The position numbers and the translations under genes were made by a program. The notes beneath the pieces are model-generated. The model was not told the DNA's origin. It ran no database searches and saw only the letters and a list, made by a program, of their open reading frames with translations. A DNA stretch of 32,000 nucleotides from an uncultured Opitutales bacterium (lineage in GTDB: Bacteria; Verrucomicrobiota; Verrucomicrobiia; Opitutales; Intestinicryptomonadaceae): the NCBI GenBank assembly GCA_934660865.1, contig CAKUIA010000021.1:8201-40200 (forward strand), written 5' to 3'. The number at the start of each line of letters is the position of its first letter. Position 1 is the first letter of the stretch. Positions 23,835 to 32,000 of the stretch are shown here, piece by piece.

Positions 23835-25385
23835 ATGCCCGAATATATGGAACAGAAAATAGCTTTAATTTCGGTAAGCGACAAATCAGGTTTGTTGGAT
23901 TTCGCCAAGGCGTTGGTTGAAAAACACAACTATAAAATTTTATCTACGGGCGGAACGGCCAAAATGCTCGAACAAAACGGCGTTCCCGTAACCGAGGTAA
24001 GCGAATATACGGGTTTCCCCGAAATGATGAACGGCAGGGTTAAAACTTTGCACCCTAAAATTCACGGCGGTTTGCTTTGCCTGCGCAGCAATGCCGACCA
24101 TATGCGCCAGGCCAGGGAAAACGGCATTAGCATGATAGATATGGTTGTAGTAAACCTTTATCCTTTCGAAGCTACCGTTGCAAAAAGCGGCTGCACTATA
24201 GAAGACGCAATAGAAAATATCGACATAGGCGGGCCGTCTATGCTGCGTTCGGCGGCAAAAAACCACGCCAGCGTAACGGTTGTGTGCGACGCCAACGACT
24301 ACGGCAAAGTTCTTGAGGCCATGGACAAGGGCGAAGAGGCACTTAAGGAACTTCGCAAGCTTTTGGCTTTAAAAGTATACAAAAGAACCGCCGCCTACGA
24401 CACCGCAATTAGTAGCTATTTGCACTCGAAATTCCTGGGCGAAGAATTGCCCGAAAGAATGAATATTTCGATGCCTTTGGTTCAGAAAATGCGCTACGGC
24501 GAAAATCCGCACCAATATGCCGCTTTATACGGCGAAGATTTCGGCAAATTCTTTAAACAGCTTCACGGCAAGGAATTGTCGTACAACAACATTACCGACA
24601 TAAGCGCGGCCTGCGAACTTATATCGGAGTTCGAAAAACCCACTTTGGCCATCTTAAAGCACACAAATCCGTGCGGCGTTGCCTCGTGCGACGACTTGGT
24701 TGAAGCGTGGAACCAGGCTTTTGCAACCGATACCCAGGCTCCCTTCGGCGGCATAATAATAATAAACCGCCCGATGAAAGCCGATTTGGCCCAAAAGATT
24801 TCGGAAATATTCTGCGAGGTAATAATAGCCCCCGCTTTCGAGCAAGACGCTTTGGATATTCTTAATAAAAAGAAGAACTTGCGCCTGATGGTTTCCAACT
24901 ACACAAAGCAGTCGGCAAGCCCCGTTCAGTTCAAGAGCGTTGTAGGCGGCATGCTAGTTCAACAAAGCGACGATATTCAAGAGCTTAAGGCGAATATGCA
25001 GGTTGTTTCAAAACGCCAGCCCACCGAAGAGGAATGGAACGCAATGCTTTTCGGCTGGAAAGTTGTAAAGCACGTTAAGAGCAACGCCATTGTGTATGCG
25101 TCTAACGAGCGCACTTTGGGCGTTGGCGCAGGGCAAATGTCGCGCGTAGACAGCTCGCAAATTGCGGTATGGAAAGCGCAAAATGCAGGCTTGTCGCTTA
25201 AGGGCTCAATAATTGCCTCCGACGCGTTCTTCCCGTTTGCAGACGGCTTGGTTGCCGCGGCAAAGGCGGGGGCAACGGCCGCAATTCAGCCCGGCGGTTC
25301 GGTTAGAGACGCCGAGGTTATCGAGGCCGCCGACGCCAACAATATGGCGATGGTGTTTACCCGCGTAAGGCACTTTAGGCACTAA
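23835..25385 (+). CDS. purH: Bifunctional AICAR transformylase / IMP cyclohydrolase
   Basis: 516 aa. [38 protein letters not shown] and C-terminal FTRVRHFRH are all classic PurH motifs. Confidence 0.95.
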   Translation: MPEYMEQKIALISVSDKSGLLDFAKALVEKHNYKILSTGGTAKMLEQNGVPVTEVSEYTGFPEMMNGRVKTLHPKIHGGLLCLRSNADHMRQARENGISMIDMVVVNLYPFEATVAKSGCTIEDAIENIDIGGPSMLRSAAKNHASVTVVCDANDYGKVLEAMDKGEEALKELRKLLALKVYKRTAAYDTAISSYLHSKFLGEELPERMNISMPLVQKMRYGENPHQYAALYGEDFGKFFKQLHGKELSYNNITDISAACELISEFEKPTLAILKHTNPCGVASCDDLVEAWNQAFATDTQAPFGGIIIINRPMKADLAQKISEIFCEVIIAPAFEQDALDILNKKKNLRLMVSNYTKQSASPVQFKSVVGGMLVQQSDDIQELKANMQVVSKRQPTEEEWNAMLFGWKVVKHVKSNAIVYASNERTLGVGAGQMSRVDSSQIAVWKAQNAGLSLKGSIIASDAFFPFADGLVAAAKAGATAAIQPGGSVRDAEVIEAADANNMAMVFTRVRHFRH

Positions 25386-25390
25386 TTAAA

Positions 25391-26218
25391 ATGTCTATAT
25401 CAAGGCTATATTCGCGCGTTTTTAACGAGAAGCTGTTAATGGGCTTGTCGCTTGCGTTTATAGCCTTTATGTATCTTCTCTTTGTCGGCGGCTGCGACAC
25501 TAAAACCGGCGACGCCGTCGACGAGGTTGAAGAATCTTTATACAGCAAGGGCAAAGCCGAGTTAAGAAAGGGCAATGCAAACGAAGCCCTAGGCTGTTTT
25601 TTGAAGGTAATAGAAAAGCGGCGCGACGCCCCCGAATCGCATTGGGAGGCGGGCAGCATATATTTAAATTCGCTTAACGATCCCATTGCCGCAATATACC
25701 ACTTTAAAAAGTATTTAGAGCTTAAACCCGACTCGAACATTTCGGGCAATGTAAAGCAGATGATAGAAACAGCGCACAAGCGCTTTGCGGCTTCGCTTCC
25801 GTTGACGCCGTTTTCGAACAATGTAGAGCTGGAAGAAATTATATCGAAGCTGCAAAAGGAAAATTACGAGCTAAAACAGCGCTTGGCAACCTATGCCGAC
25901 ACTATAGAAAAGCTTGAAAAATACCAAAAAAATATCGCAAAAAAGTCGGAAGCTTCGGCAACTTTGGCGAACATTCAGCAAACCGTAAGGGAAAAGCCCG
26001 ACACTTTAAACAACAGCAGGCACAATACAAAACCGCCCGAAGTTCAGCGCGACAAGGCTGTAGATTATGTCGTAAAACCGGGCGATACGCTTAGCAGCAT
26101 AAGCCGCAAGGTATACGGCACAACTTCGCGCTGGAAGGATATTTACAAGGCAAACCGCTCGGTTTTGCCCTCGCCGGAGGCTCTAAAACCCGGCCAAACC
26201 CTTAAAATGCCCAGGTAA
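25391..26218 (+). CDS. TPR / coiled-coil / LysM-domain lipoprotein
   Basis: 275 aa. Signal sequence plus lipobox (LLFVGGC). TPR-like segment (GNANEALGCFLKVIEKR...AAIYHFKKYLEL). Coiled coil. C-terminal LysM domain (YVVKPGDTLSSISRKVYG...WKDIYKANRSVLPSPEALKPGQTLKMP). Confidence 0.7.
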   Translation: MSISRLYSRVFNEKLLMGLSLAFIAFMYLLFVGGCDTKTGDAVDEVEESLYSKGKAELRKGNANEALGCFLKVIEKRRDAPESHWEAGSIYLNSLNDPIAAIYHFKKYLELKPDSNISGNVKQMIETAHKRFAASLPLTPFSNNVELEEIISKLQKENYELKQRLATYADTIEKLEKYQKNIAKKSEASATLANIQQTVREKPDTLNNSRHNTKPPEVQRDKAVDYVVKPGDTLSSISRKVYGTTSRWKDIYKANRSVLPSPEALKPGQTLKMPR

Positions 26219-26220
26219 AA

Positions 26221-27489
26221 ATGCTGGCGGCTCTTATAGTTTTAGTTGTTTTGCTTTTTGCCGTGTCGGGCACATTCGCCTACTTTTATATAAAAGCCGC
26301 CAACGAAAAGGTTAGGCTGGATACCCAAAATTCCATTCTTAAAACCGAGCTGGAAAAGCTTGGGCTTGAAAACGGCGCCTTAAAGACAAAGCTTGCCGAC
26401 ACCGAAAAACAAAACGTTTTGCTTTCGCAAAAAGAGGCAATTTTAACCCAAAAACAGATTGAATGGGAAAACAAATTTAAAATGGCCTCAGAGCAGATGA
26501 AAAGCGACTTTCATTTGCTTTCTATGAAGATTTTTGAGGATACGCGAAAAAAACTTGCGGGCGAAAATAGCGAGAATATAACGCATATATTGACCCCGTT
26601 GAAAAGCGACTTGGCGGCCTTTGCAAAAAGGGTTGAAGAGTTAAACGGAGTTTCGATAGAAAAGCAGGCGCGTTTTGAAACGCAAATAAAACATTTGGGC
26701 GAGCTTAACAGCAAGTTGTCGCAAGACGCAAAGGATTTGGCCAACGCGCTGAAAAACAACAAAACCGCGGGCAACTGGGGCGAGCTTGTTTTGGAGCGCT
26801 TGCTTGAACTAAGCGGTTTGCACGAGGGCGTAGAGTACGAAAAACAAGTGTCGGTAAAGTCCGAAACGGGAGCTCTTTTGCGCCCCGATGTTATTGTAAA
26901 GCTTACAAATAATAGAATTATTGTAATAGATTCCAAATTGTCGCTCGATTCTTTCGAAAAATGCGTGAAAACGCAAGATACCGCCGAATATGCCGAGGCC
27001 GTAAAGGCCTTTAAAGCTTCGGTTGAGCGCCACATAAGGGGGCTTTCGCAAAAAAAATACGAAGACCTGTTTAAAACCCCCGACTTTGTGTTTGTGTTCA
27101 TTCCCATAGAGGGCGCATTTTCGCTTATAATGGGCGAATGTCCCGAATTGTACGAAACGGCCTACCAGTGCAAAATAATATTGTCGGGGCCGTCTACGCT
27201 GCTTGCTTCGCTTAAAACGGTAGAGTTTATCTGGCGCGCCGAAAAGCAGGAAAAGCACTCGATTGAGATTGCCGAAATGGGCGCAAAGCTGTACGAAAAA
27301 ATGCGCGTCTTTTGCGAAAAATATGCGCGTTTGGGCGAGCAGATAAAAACGGTAAATTCTACCTACGAAGAATCCCTGAAAACCATTTCGCAGGGGAAGG
27401 GCAACGCCCTGTCTATTGCCGACAAAATGGTGGCCCTTGGCGTAAAAACCAAGTCGGGAATAAAAATGGATTTCGAAAAAGACGCATAA
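26221..27489 (+). CDS. rmuC: DNA recombination protein RmuC
   Basis: 422 aa. N-terminal TM helix and long coiled coil. RmuC nuclease-like core (GNWGELVLERLLE, RPDVIVKL...IVIDSKLSL, FVFVFIPIEGAF). Confidence 0.85.
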   Translation: MLAALIVLVVLLFAVSGTFAYFYIKAANEKVRLDTQNSILKTELEKLGLENGALKTKLADTEKQNVLLSQKEAILTQKQIEWENKFKMASEQMKSDFHLLSMKIFEDTRKKLAGENSENITHILTPLKSDLAAFAKRVEELNGVSIEKQARFETQIKHLGELNSKLSQDAKDLANALKNNKTAGNWGELVLERLLELSGLHEGVEYEKQVSVKSETGALLRPDVIVKLTNNRIIVIDSKLSLDSFEKCVKTQDTAEYAEAVKAFKASVERHIRGLSQKKYEDLFKTPDFVFVFIPIEGAFSLIMGECPELYETAYQCKIILSGPSTLLASLKTVEFIWRAEKQEKHSIEIAEMGAKLYEKMRVFCEKYARLGEQIKTVNSTYEESLKTISQGKGNALSIADKMVALGVKTKSGIKMDFEKDA

Positions 27490-28392
27490 ATGGAAAATTT
27501 TGCCTCTACATTGCTAGACTATAAGGCGCATTTGCAAATGCAGCTTGGGCTAAGCAAAAATTCGGTTCTTTCGTATGTGGAAGACATTTCGCTTTTCGGC
27601 AAATTTTTGAAAGCCCACGGCAAAACCTCTTTTGAAAGCGCCGATATAGACGACATTTATTTGTGGATAGATTCGATTTCTCCCAAAGTGCGAAGCACAA
27701 CGCAGGCGCGCAAGCTTAGCGCGCTAAAGTCGTTTTCGCTTTTTATGGTAGACGAAAAGCGCTGGCCTCACGACTATACCCAAAAGCTTGTGCGCCCCAA
27801 AGTAAAAAGGGCAGTGCCTACGGCCCTTACTTTGGACGAAGTGGAAAAGCTTTTGTCGGCCCCGAATACAAGCACCTACGAGGGCGCCAGAGATTGCGCA
27901 ATGTTCGAGCTTATGTATTCAAGCGGCCTGCGCGTAAGCGAATTGTGCTCTTTAAAGGCAACCGATATAAATTTCGACGAGAATTTTTTAAGGGTAAAGG
28001 GCAAAGGCTCTAAAGTAAGGCTTGTTCCCTTCGGGCAAGACGCCCGCAACAAACTTGTAGACTATATACGCAACATTCGCTGCACGGTAAAAAACATAAA
28101 AAGCGACGTTCTTTTTATTACCAAGCGCGGCACGCCGCTTTCCAGAAAAACATTTTGGAGCAACATAAAAAAATACGCCGCCGCATGCGGCATAGAAAAG
28201 AACGTAAAGCCGCATATTTTAAGACATTCGTTTGCAACGCACCTGCTGCAAAACGGCGCAAACCTGCTTTCAATTCAGGAAATGCTGGGGCATAGCGACC
28301 TTTCCACAACCCAAATATATACCGAGCTTACAAAAGACACTTTGCTTGAAGAATTTGCAAAACGCCACCCAAGAGACAATATGAAACTTTAA
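27490..28392 (+). CDS. xerD: Tyrosine site-specific recombinase, XerD/XerC family
   Basis: 300 aa. N-terminal SAM-like domain (LSKNSVLSYVEDISLF). Catalytic residues in context: YSSGLRVSEL (Arg), HILRHSFATHLL (H-x-x-R), LGHSDLSTTQIYT (His, Tyr). XerD versus XerC cannot be settled by eye. Confidence 0.8.
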   Translation: MENFASTLLDYKAHLQMQLGLSKNSVLSYVEDISLFGKFLKAHGKTSFESADIDDIYLWIDSISPKVRSTTQARKLSALKSFSLFMVDEKRWPHDYTQKLVRPKVKRAVPTALTLDEVEKLLSAPNTSTYEGARDCAMFELMYSSGLRVSELCSLKATDINFDENFLRVKGKGSKVRLVPFGQDARNKLVDYIRNIRCTVKNIKSDVLFITKRGTPLSRKTFWSNIKKYAAACGIEKNVKPHILRHSFATHLLQNGANLLSIQEMLGHSDLSTTQIYTELTKDTLLEEFAKRHPRDNMKL

Positions 28393-28478
28393 TTTCTTTT
28401 GCAAAAAAGACAAAAAGGCGTTTGTGTATTTTGCTTATTATAAATAAGTTGCAGTGTTTTATTTTGATAAACCTCGCG

Positions 28479-28831
28479 CTAATCTTCGTTGGTTTCCTCG
28501 TCTATAATGGCAATGTTTTCGTCTAGCGAGGCGTCGTGGGTTTCCTTTTCGCTTTCGGGCGAAGAGCTATAGTCTTTAATTTCGCCGCGTCTTAGGGCTT
28601 TGGGCTTGGCGTTAAACTGGCTTATAAGCAAGTCGCAAAGCGTCTGCGGGATTTTCGAAAGCGCCTCTTTAAACTCGGGGGTGTCTATCCCGAAAGTTTT
28701 AATGTTTTCCAAAACTTTTTGCTCGGTGGCTTCGTCCGATTCGCTTGTATCCGGTTTTTTCGATACAATCTTTTCGAAGTTTTTTGATACAAAATTCGAT
28801 TCTAAAAGAGCTGTTCTAAGCAGAAGGGCTA
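28479..28831 (-). CDS. dnaX: Putative tau-specific C-terminal extension of DnaX, in the +1 frame relative to the dnaX 0 frame
   Basis: My hand translation of the +1 frame from the A-run gives ...[120 protein letters not shown]. There is no stop. The 77-aa ORF in the track (28479-28712) is the tail of this frame and starts at a TTG. Confidence 0.5.
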
Positions 28832-29964
28832 TTTTTTTTTTGCGTATCCGCCGGTAGGTCGGAAAGTTTTTCCAATTCCTTAATAAGGGTGTTTATCGCC
28901 CTTGTTCGGCTTTGCTCTACCGCCTTTAACAGGGTTACTTCAAAATTTGCCCTTTCCGACAAGCCGCTTCGAAGGGTTTTTACGCCCGACTGCAGGGCGT
29001 CGAGCATGTGCATAATCTGCTCGCTGGAAAGTTTCTTTTCGCCGAAAAGGTAAAAGCCTTCCTTCAACGAATCCATAAGCAACTTTCGCAATTCTATTTG
29101 CAGGTCGTTTAAAGCCCTGTATAAATCGCAGCCGTTGTCTATTAAAGAGGCAACTTCTTTCATTAGCGAGGCGTTGTCGCCCTTTGCCATTGCCGCAATA
29201 ATCGCCGAAATTTGCGCCGTAGATGCAAGGCCGTATACGTTAATTACGTCTTGCTCGGAAATGTTTTTGCCGCAAAACGAAATCATTTGGTCTAAGATAC
29301 TTTGGGCGTCGCGCATACCGCCGTTTGCAAGGCGCGCAATTACATCCAGGGCGGATTTGTCGGTTTTAATGCCTTCCAGTTCGGCAATTTTGGCCAAATG
29401 TGCCGAAATCTTTTCTTCGGGAATCGGCCTAAACTCGAACCTTTGGCACCTTGAAGTTATGGTGCCCAAAACCTTGTGCGCCTCGGTTGTAGCGAATATA
29501 AACTTAACGTGTTTCGGCGGTTCTTCCAAAGTTTTCAGCAGGGCGTTAAAGGCGTCTTGCGTTAAAGAGTGAACTTCGTCGATAATGTAGATTTTATACG
29601 AGCACAAGGTAGGGGCGTATTTGCAGTCCTGCCTAAGCTGGCGTATTTCGTCTATAGAGCGGTTCGACGCGCCGTCTATTTCGACAACGTCCATACATGT
29701 GCCGTTCATTATCGCTTTTGAAATTTCGCTGTCGTCGCTGGGGTGCGAGTTGGGGCCGCCCTCGGCGTTAAGGGCTTTTGCGAATATGCGGGCTACCGTT
29801 GTTTTGCCCGTGCCCCTTGGGCCTACAAAAAGGTAGGCGTGCCCTATACGGCCGGAATCTATCGCGTTTTTAAGCGTGCGCACAACATGTTCCTGCCCAA
29901 CAAGCTCGTCGAATTGCTTGGGGCGGTAGCGCCGCGCTATAACTTGATAGGATTCTCCGGCCAT
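28816..29964 (-). CDS. dnaX: DNA polymerase III subunit gamma/tau, 0-frame (gamma-length) product
   Basis: I prefer the ATG at 29964 ([24 protein letters not shown]; compare E. coli MSYQVLARKWRP). Walker [10 protein letters not shown], Walker B IIDEVH, SRC motif TSRCQRF. The 0 frame ends as ...[10 protein letters not shown], five codons after an A10 run. Confidence 0.9.
   Translation of the reverse strand: MAGESYQVIARRYRPKQFDELVGQEHVVRTLKNAIDSGRIGHAYLFVGPRGTGKTTVARIFAKALNAEGGPNSHPSDDSEISKAIMNGTCMDVVEIDGASNRSIDEIRQLRQDCKYAPTLCSYKIYIIDEVHSLTQDAFNALLKTLEEPPKHVKFIFATTEAHKVLGTITSRCQRFEFRPIPEEKISAHLAKIAELEGIKTDKSALDVIARLANGGMRDAQSILDQMISFCGKNISEQDVINVYGLASTAQISAIIAAMAKGDNASLMKEVASLIDNGCDLYRALNDLQIELRKLLMDSLKEGFYLFGEKKLSSEQIMHMLDALQSGVKTLRSGLSERANFEVTLLKAVEQSRTRAINTLIKELEKLSDLPADTQKKNSPSA
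28832..28841 (-). other. A10 homopolymer: candidate dnaX recoding (ribosomal or transcriptional slippage) site, or homopolymer miscall
   Basis: Minus strand reads ACG CAA AAA AAA AAT AGC CCT TCT GCT TAG. The -1 frame stops at once (..AAA AAA AAA TAG). The +1 frame is open down to 28479. Confidence 0.6.
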
Positions 29965-29976
29965 AGGGCGCAACAA

Positions 29977-30843
29977 TTATATTTTCACGCCGTCTTCGGT
30001 TGCCCTTTGCAGGTACCTTGCCGACAATTTTTTGGTAACGGGGCCGGGTTTGCCGTCGCCTATTACGCGCGAGTCGAGCTCTACAAGGGGAATCAAACGT
30101 GCCGCAGTTCCGGTAAGGAAACATTCGTCGGCCGTCCAAACATCGAAACGTGTAAGTATTTTTTCTTCGAAAGGAACGCCAAGCTCTTTTGCGATTTCGA
30201 TTACGCTGCGGCGGGTTACGCCAATAAGCGAGCTTGCCGAGCAGGGGGGCGTATACAAAACGCCTTCCGAAACAATAAAGATGTTGTCGCCGCTACATTC
30301 TGCAATGTTGCCCTCGTTGTTCAATAGCACACATTCTTCGTAGCCCAAATTCTTGGCTTCTATCTTTGCCAAAATATTGTTCAGGTAGTTTAGGCTCTTT
30401 ACCATTGGCGGCAAAGCTGCGGGCGAATTTCTGCGTGTGGGAACCGTTATCGCCTTAAGGCCGTTTTCATACAGTTCCTTCGGGTACAATGTAATTTCGT
30501 CGGCAATGATAATCAACTGAGGGTCGGAGCAGGTGAAGGGCGAAATGCCCAACTTGCCTTTGCCGCGCGAAACAACCAGCCTTATATAGCCGTCTTTAAG
30601 GCCGTTTACGCGGCACGATTCGCACACGGCGTCCATAATTTCCTGTTTGCTCCAGGGCAAATCAAGCATAATGGCCTTTGCCGATTTGAAAAGTCTGTTG
30701 ATGTGTACGGGCAGCCTAAATACGTTGCCGCTGTATAGGCGGATACCTTCAAATATACCGTCGCCGTACAAGAAGCCGTGGTCGAAAACCGAAACTTTGG
30801 CTTCGTCTTTTTCGTAGAATTTTCCGTTTATGTAAACTTTCAT
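29977..30843 (-). CDS. ilvE: Branched-chain amino acid aminotransferase (class IV PLP enzyme)
   Basis: 288 aa. VSVFDHGFLYGDGIFEGIR and the overall class IV pattern. Abuts dnaX. A D-amino-acid aminotransferase cannot be fully excluded by eye. Confidence 0.8.
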   Translation of the reverse strand: MKVYINGKFYEKDEAKVSVFDHGFLYGDGIFEGIRLYSGNVFRLPVHINRLFKSAKAIMLDLPWSKQEIMDAVCESCRVNGLKDGYIRLVVSRGKGKLGISPFTCSDPQLIIIADEITLYPKELYENGLKAITVPTRRNSPAALPPMVKSLNYLNNILAKIEAKNLGYEECVLLNNEGNIAECSGDNIFIVSEGVLYTPPCSASSLIGVTRRSVIEIAKELGVPFEEKILTRFDVWTADECFLTGTAARLIPLVELDSRVIGDGKPGPVTKKLSARYLQRATEDGVKI

Positions 30844-30912
30844 TTTGTTTCCTTATATTTAAAAAGTCGTTAAAATGCTACACCCTAAAAAATGCCGCTG
30901 TCAACAAATAGA

Positions 30913-31686
30913 TTAGTTTTCGATGTAAATTTTTTCGTCGTAGTAGGGTATTTTCGCCTTAATCATTTTATCGAGCGATCCGTCTTTGCGGTGGGTGTCT
31001 ATAAACTGGTTTAAGGCCGCCAAAAGTTTGGGGTTGTCTTGGCGAACCGCCCAGCAAAGCAATTCTTTGTCGAGCACTATCGGCATTGGGGCAATGCCGG
31101 AGCTTTCGAAGTTGCCTGCCAGCCACATAACCAATGTTGAATCGGCAACAAGCATGTCTATTTTTTTTGCAAGCAAAGCCTCTATTGCGTCTTTGGAATC
31201 TTTTAAAACCACAACATTGCAGTAGTAAAAGTTGTCTTTAACGAATGTTTCGGCGGTATAGCGCTCTATAACGCCTATGTTGCCTATTGCGTTTATAACC
31301 GAAAGCGCCGAGTCGTATTTTTGAAAGTCTATGCGGTGCAAAAGCGGCATTTGGCTTACGGTTAAATAGCTTTTTGTAAAAGCAACGCGCTTTGCCCGCG
31401 TATCGGTATACGACATAGCCGACATTACCGCGTCTACCCGCTTTGCGTTTAGCGCGGGAATAAGCTCTTTAAAATCCATATTTATAAGAACAAGCTCGTA
31501 GCCGTTTTCCTCGCAAAACTTTTTTGCGAAGTCAACTTCAAGCCCCACAATTTTGCCCTTTTCGGCGTAAACCATGGGCGGAAAACCTATGTTTACGCCA
31601 ACCCTAAACTGCGGCTTTGCGGATTTGTCGTCGGCAAAGGCCGCGCAAACGGCAAACATCAATACGGATAAAAGAAGCTTTTTCAT
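30913..31686 (-). CDS. Periplasmic solute-binding protein, family 3 (amino-acid-binding type)
   Basis: 257 aa. Signal peptide MKKLLLSVLMFAVCAAFA. Type 2 PBP pattern (FRVGVNIGFPPMVYAEKGKIVGLEVDFAKKF...LIPALNAKRVDAVMSAMSYTDTRAK). No permease or ATPase gene adjacent. Confidence 0.75.
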   Translation of the reverse strand: MKKLLLSVLMFAVCAAFADDKSAKPQFRVGVNIGFPPMVYAEKGKIVGLEVDFAKKFCEENGYELVLINMDFKELIPALNAKRVDAVMSAMSYTDTRAKRVAFTKSYLTVSQMPLLHRIDFQKYDSALSVINAIGNIGVIERYTAETFVKDNFYYCNVVVLKDSKDAIEALLAKKIDMLVADSTLVMWLAGNFESSGIAPMPIVLDKELLCWAVRQDNPKLLAALNQFIDTHRKDGSLDKMIKAKIPYYDEKIYIEN

Positions 31687-31690
31687 AAAA

Positions 31691-32000
31691 CTAAAAATCT
31701 ATTTGAACTTTCGAGTCTTTGCCGTATTCGACACCGTCTACACCGAAGCCGAAAAGCCCCAAGAACGCCTTTTTATAGCCGTCGTAGTCGGTCAATTCGC
31801 GCAGGTTTTCGCTTGTAATGTCGTTCCACATTGCAAATACCGCGTTTTGAACTTCGTCTTTAAGCTCCAAGTCGTCTATTCTTATAAGGCCGTTGTCGTC
31901 GAAATCCAGGAAGTTGTCGTTATAAAGCTTTGTCGCAAAAAGCCTGTTTATTTGCATAATTGCGTCTTCGTGCAAATTCATTTGCTTCATAACCTTGTAC
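31691..32000 (-). CDS. fabV: Enoyl-ACP reductase FabV / trans-2-enoyl-CoA reductase (TER) family, 3' fragment; gene runs off the window
   Basis: The C-terminal ~100 aa align by eye with Treponema denticola TER: IRIDDLELKDEVQNAV vs IRIDDWELEEDVQKAV; LRELTDYDGYKKAFLGLFGFGVDGVEYG vs LTDLAGYRHDFLASNGFDVEGINYE. The M at 31990 is internal. Confidence 0.85.
   Translation of the reverse strand, partial: YKVMKQMNLHEDAIMQINRLFATKLYNDNFLDFDDNGLIRIDDLELKDEVQNAVFAMWNDITSENLRELTDYDGYKKAFLGLFGFGVDGVEYGKDSKVQIDF

Noticed and set aside
26221-28392. rmuC plus a tyrosine recombinase, considered as a mobile-element or integrative-island boundary or a defence module.
   Set aside because: The recombinase has the full XerC/XerD housekeeping architecture and sits in a tight operon with purH and rmuC. 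I saw no flanking direct or inverted repeats, tRNA gene, cargo genes or compositional shift.
28479-28712. Stand-alone 77-aa acidic ORF downstream of dnaX.
   Set aside because: Its start is a TTG with no upstream gap. The same frame is open for another ~120 nt back to the dnaX A10 run. It is better explained as the tail of a frameshifted or slipped DnaX tau extension.

Overview
Gene-dense bacterial chromosomal window. I saw no rRNA, tRNA, CRISPR array, transposase or phage module. The gene content (Tat-signal Gfo/Idh/MocA oxidoreductase, LacI regulator, GH78-like hydrolase) loosely suggests a glycan-degrading Gram-negative, possibly PVC/Lentisphaerota-like, but that is only a guess. Layout: (1) 72-11748 holds three tightly coupled operons that form a type II FAS/PKS-like lipid biosynthesis and export cluster of aryl-polyene (APE)/flexirubin-like architecture. 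Its genes are GT2, MMPL exporter, LpxL-type acyltransferase, two ACPs, a fused KS-CLF, a LolA-like protein, FabG and FabZ. It also carries atypical extras: a GcvT-fold protein, an Isf-like Fe-S flavoprotein, a PlsC-type acyltransferase and a TVP38-like membrane protein. No starter-unit, thioesterase or enoyl-reductase genes are visible. (2) 11783-12742 is an orphan cytoplasmic protein with 22 consecutive N-x-G-x-x pentapeptide repeats. (3) 12822-17624 is a small sugar locus: Tat-exported Gfo/Idh/MocA oxidoreductase, LacI-family regulator and GH78-like hydrolase. (4) 17741-21885 is a minus-strand housekeeping operon, queC-tyrA-(aroA-cmk fusion)-plsC. (5) 21982-23745 is a divergent MCP-like sensor, and 23835-28392 is purH, a TPR/LysM lipoprotein, rmuC and xerD. 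(6) 28479-32000 on the minus strand holds dnaX, ilvE, an orphan solute-binding protein and the 3' end of fabV. The dnaX gene has an A10 run after which the 0 frame stops and the +1 frame stays open for about 120 more codons. The most unusual items are the atypical APE-like cluster, especially its KS-CLF fusion and embedded GcvT-fold gene, the N-x-G-x-x repeat protein, and the dnaX recoding or homopolymer site. All functional calls rest on motif recognition by eye, since no database search was possible.
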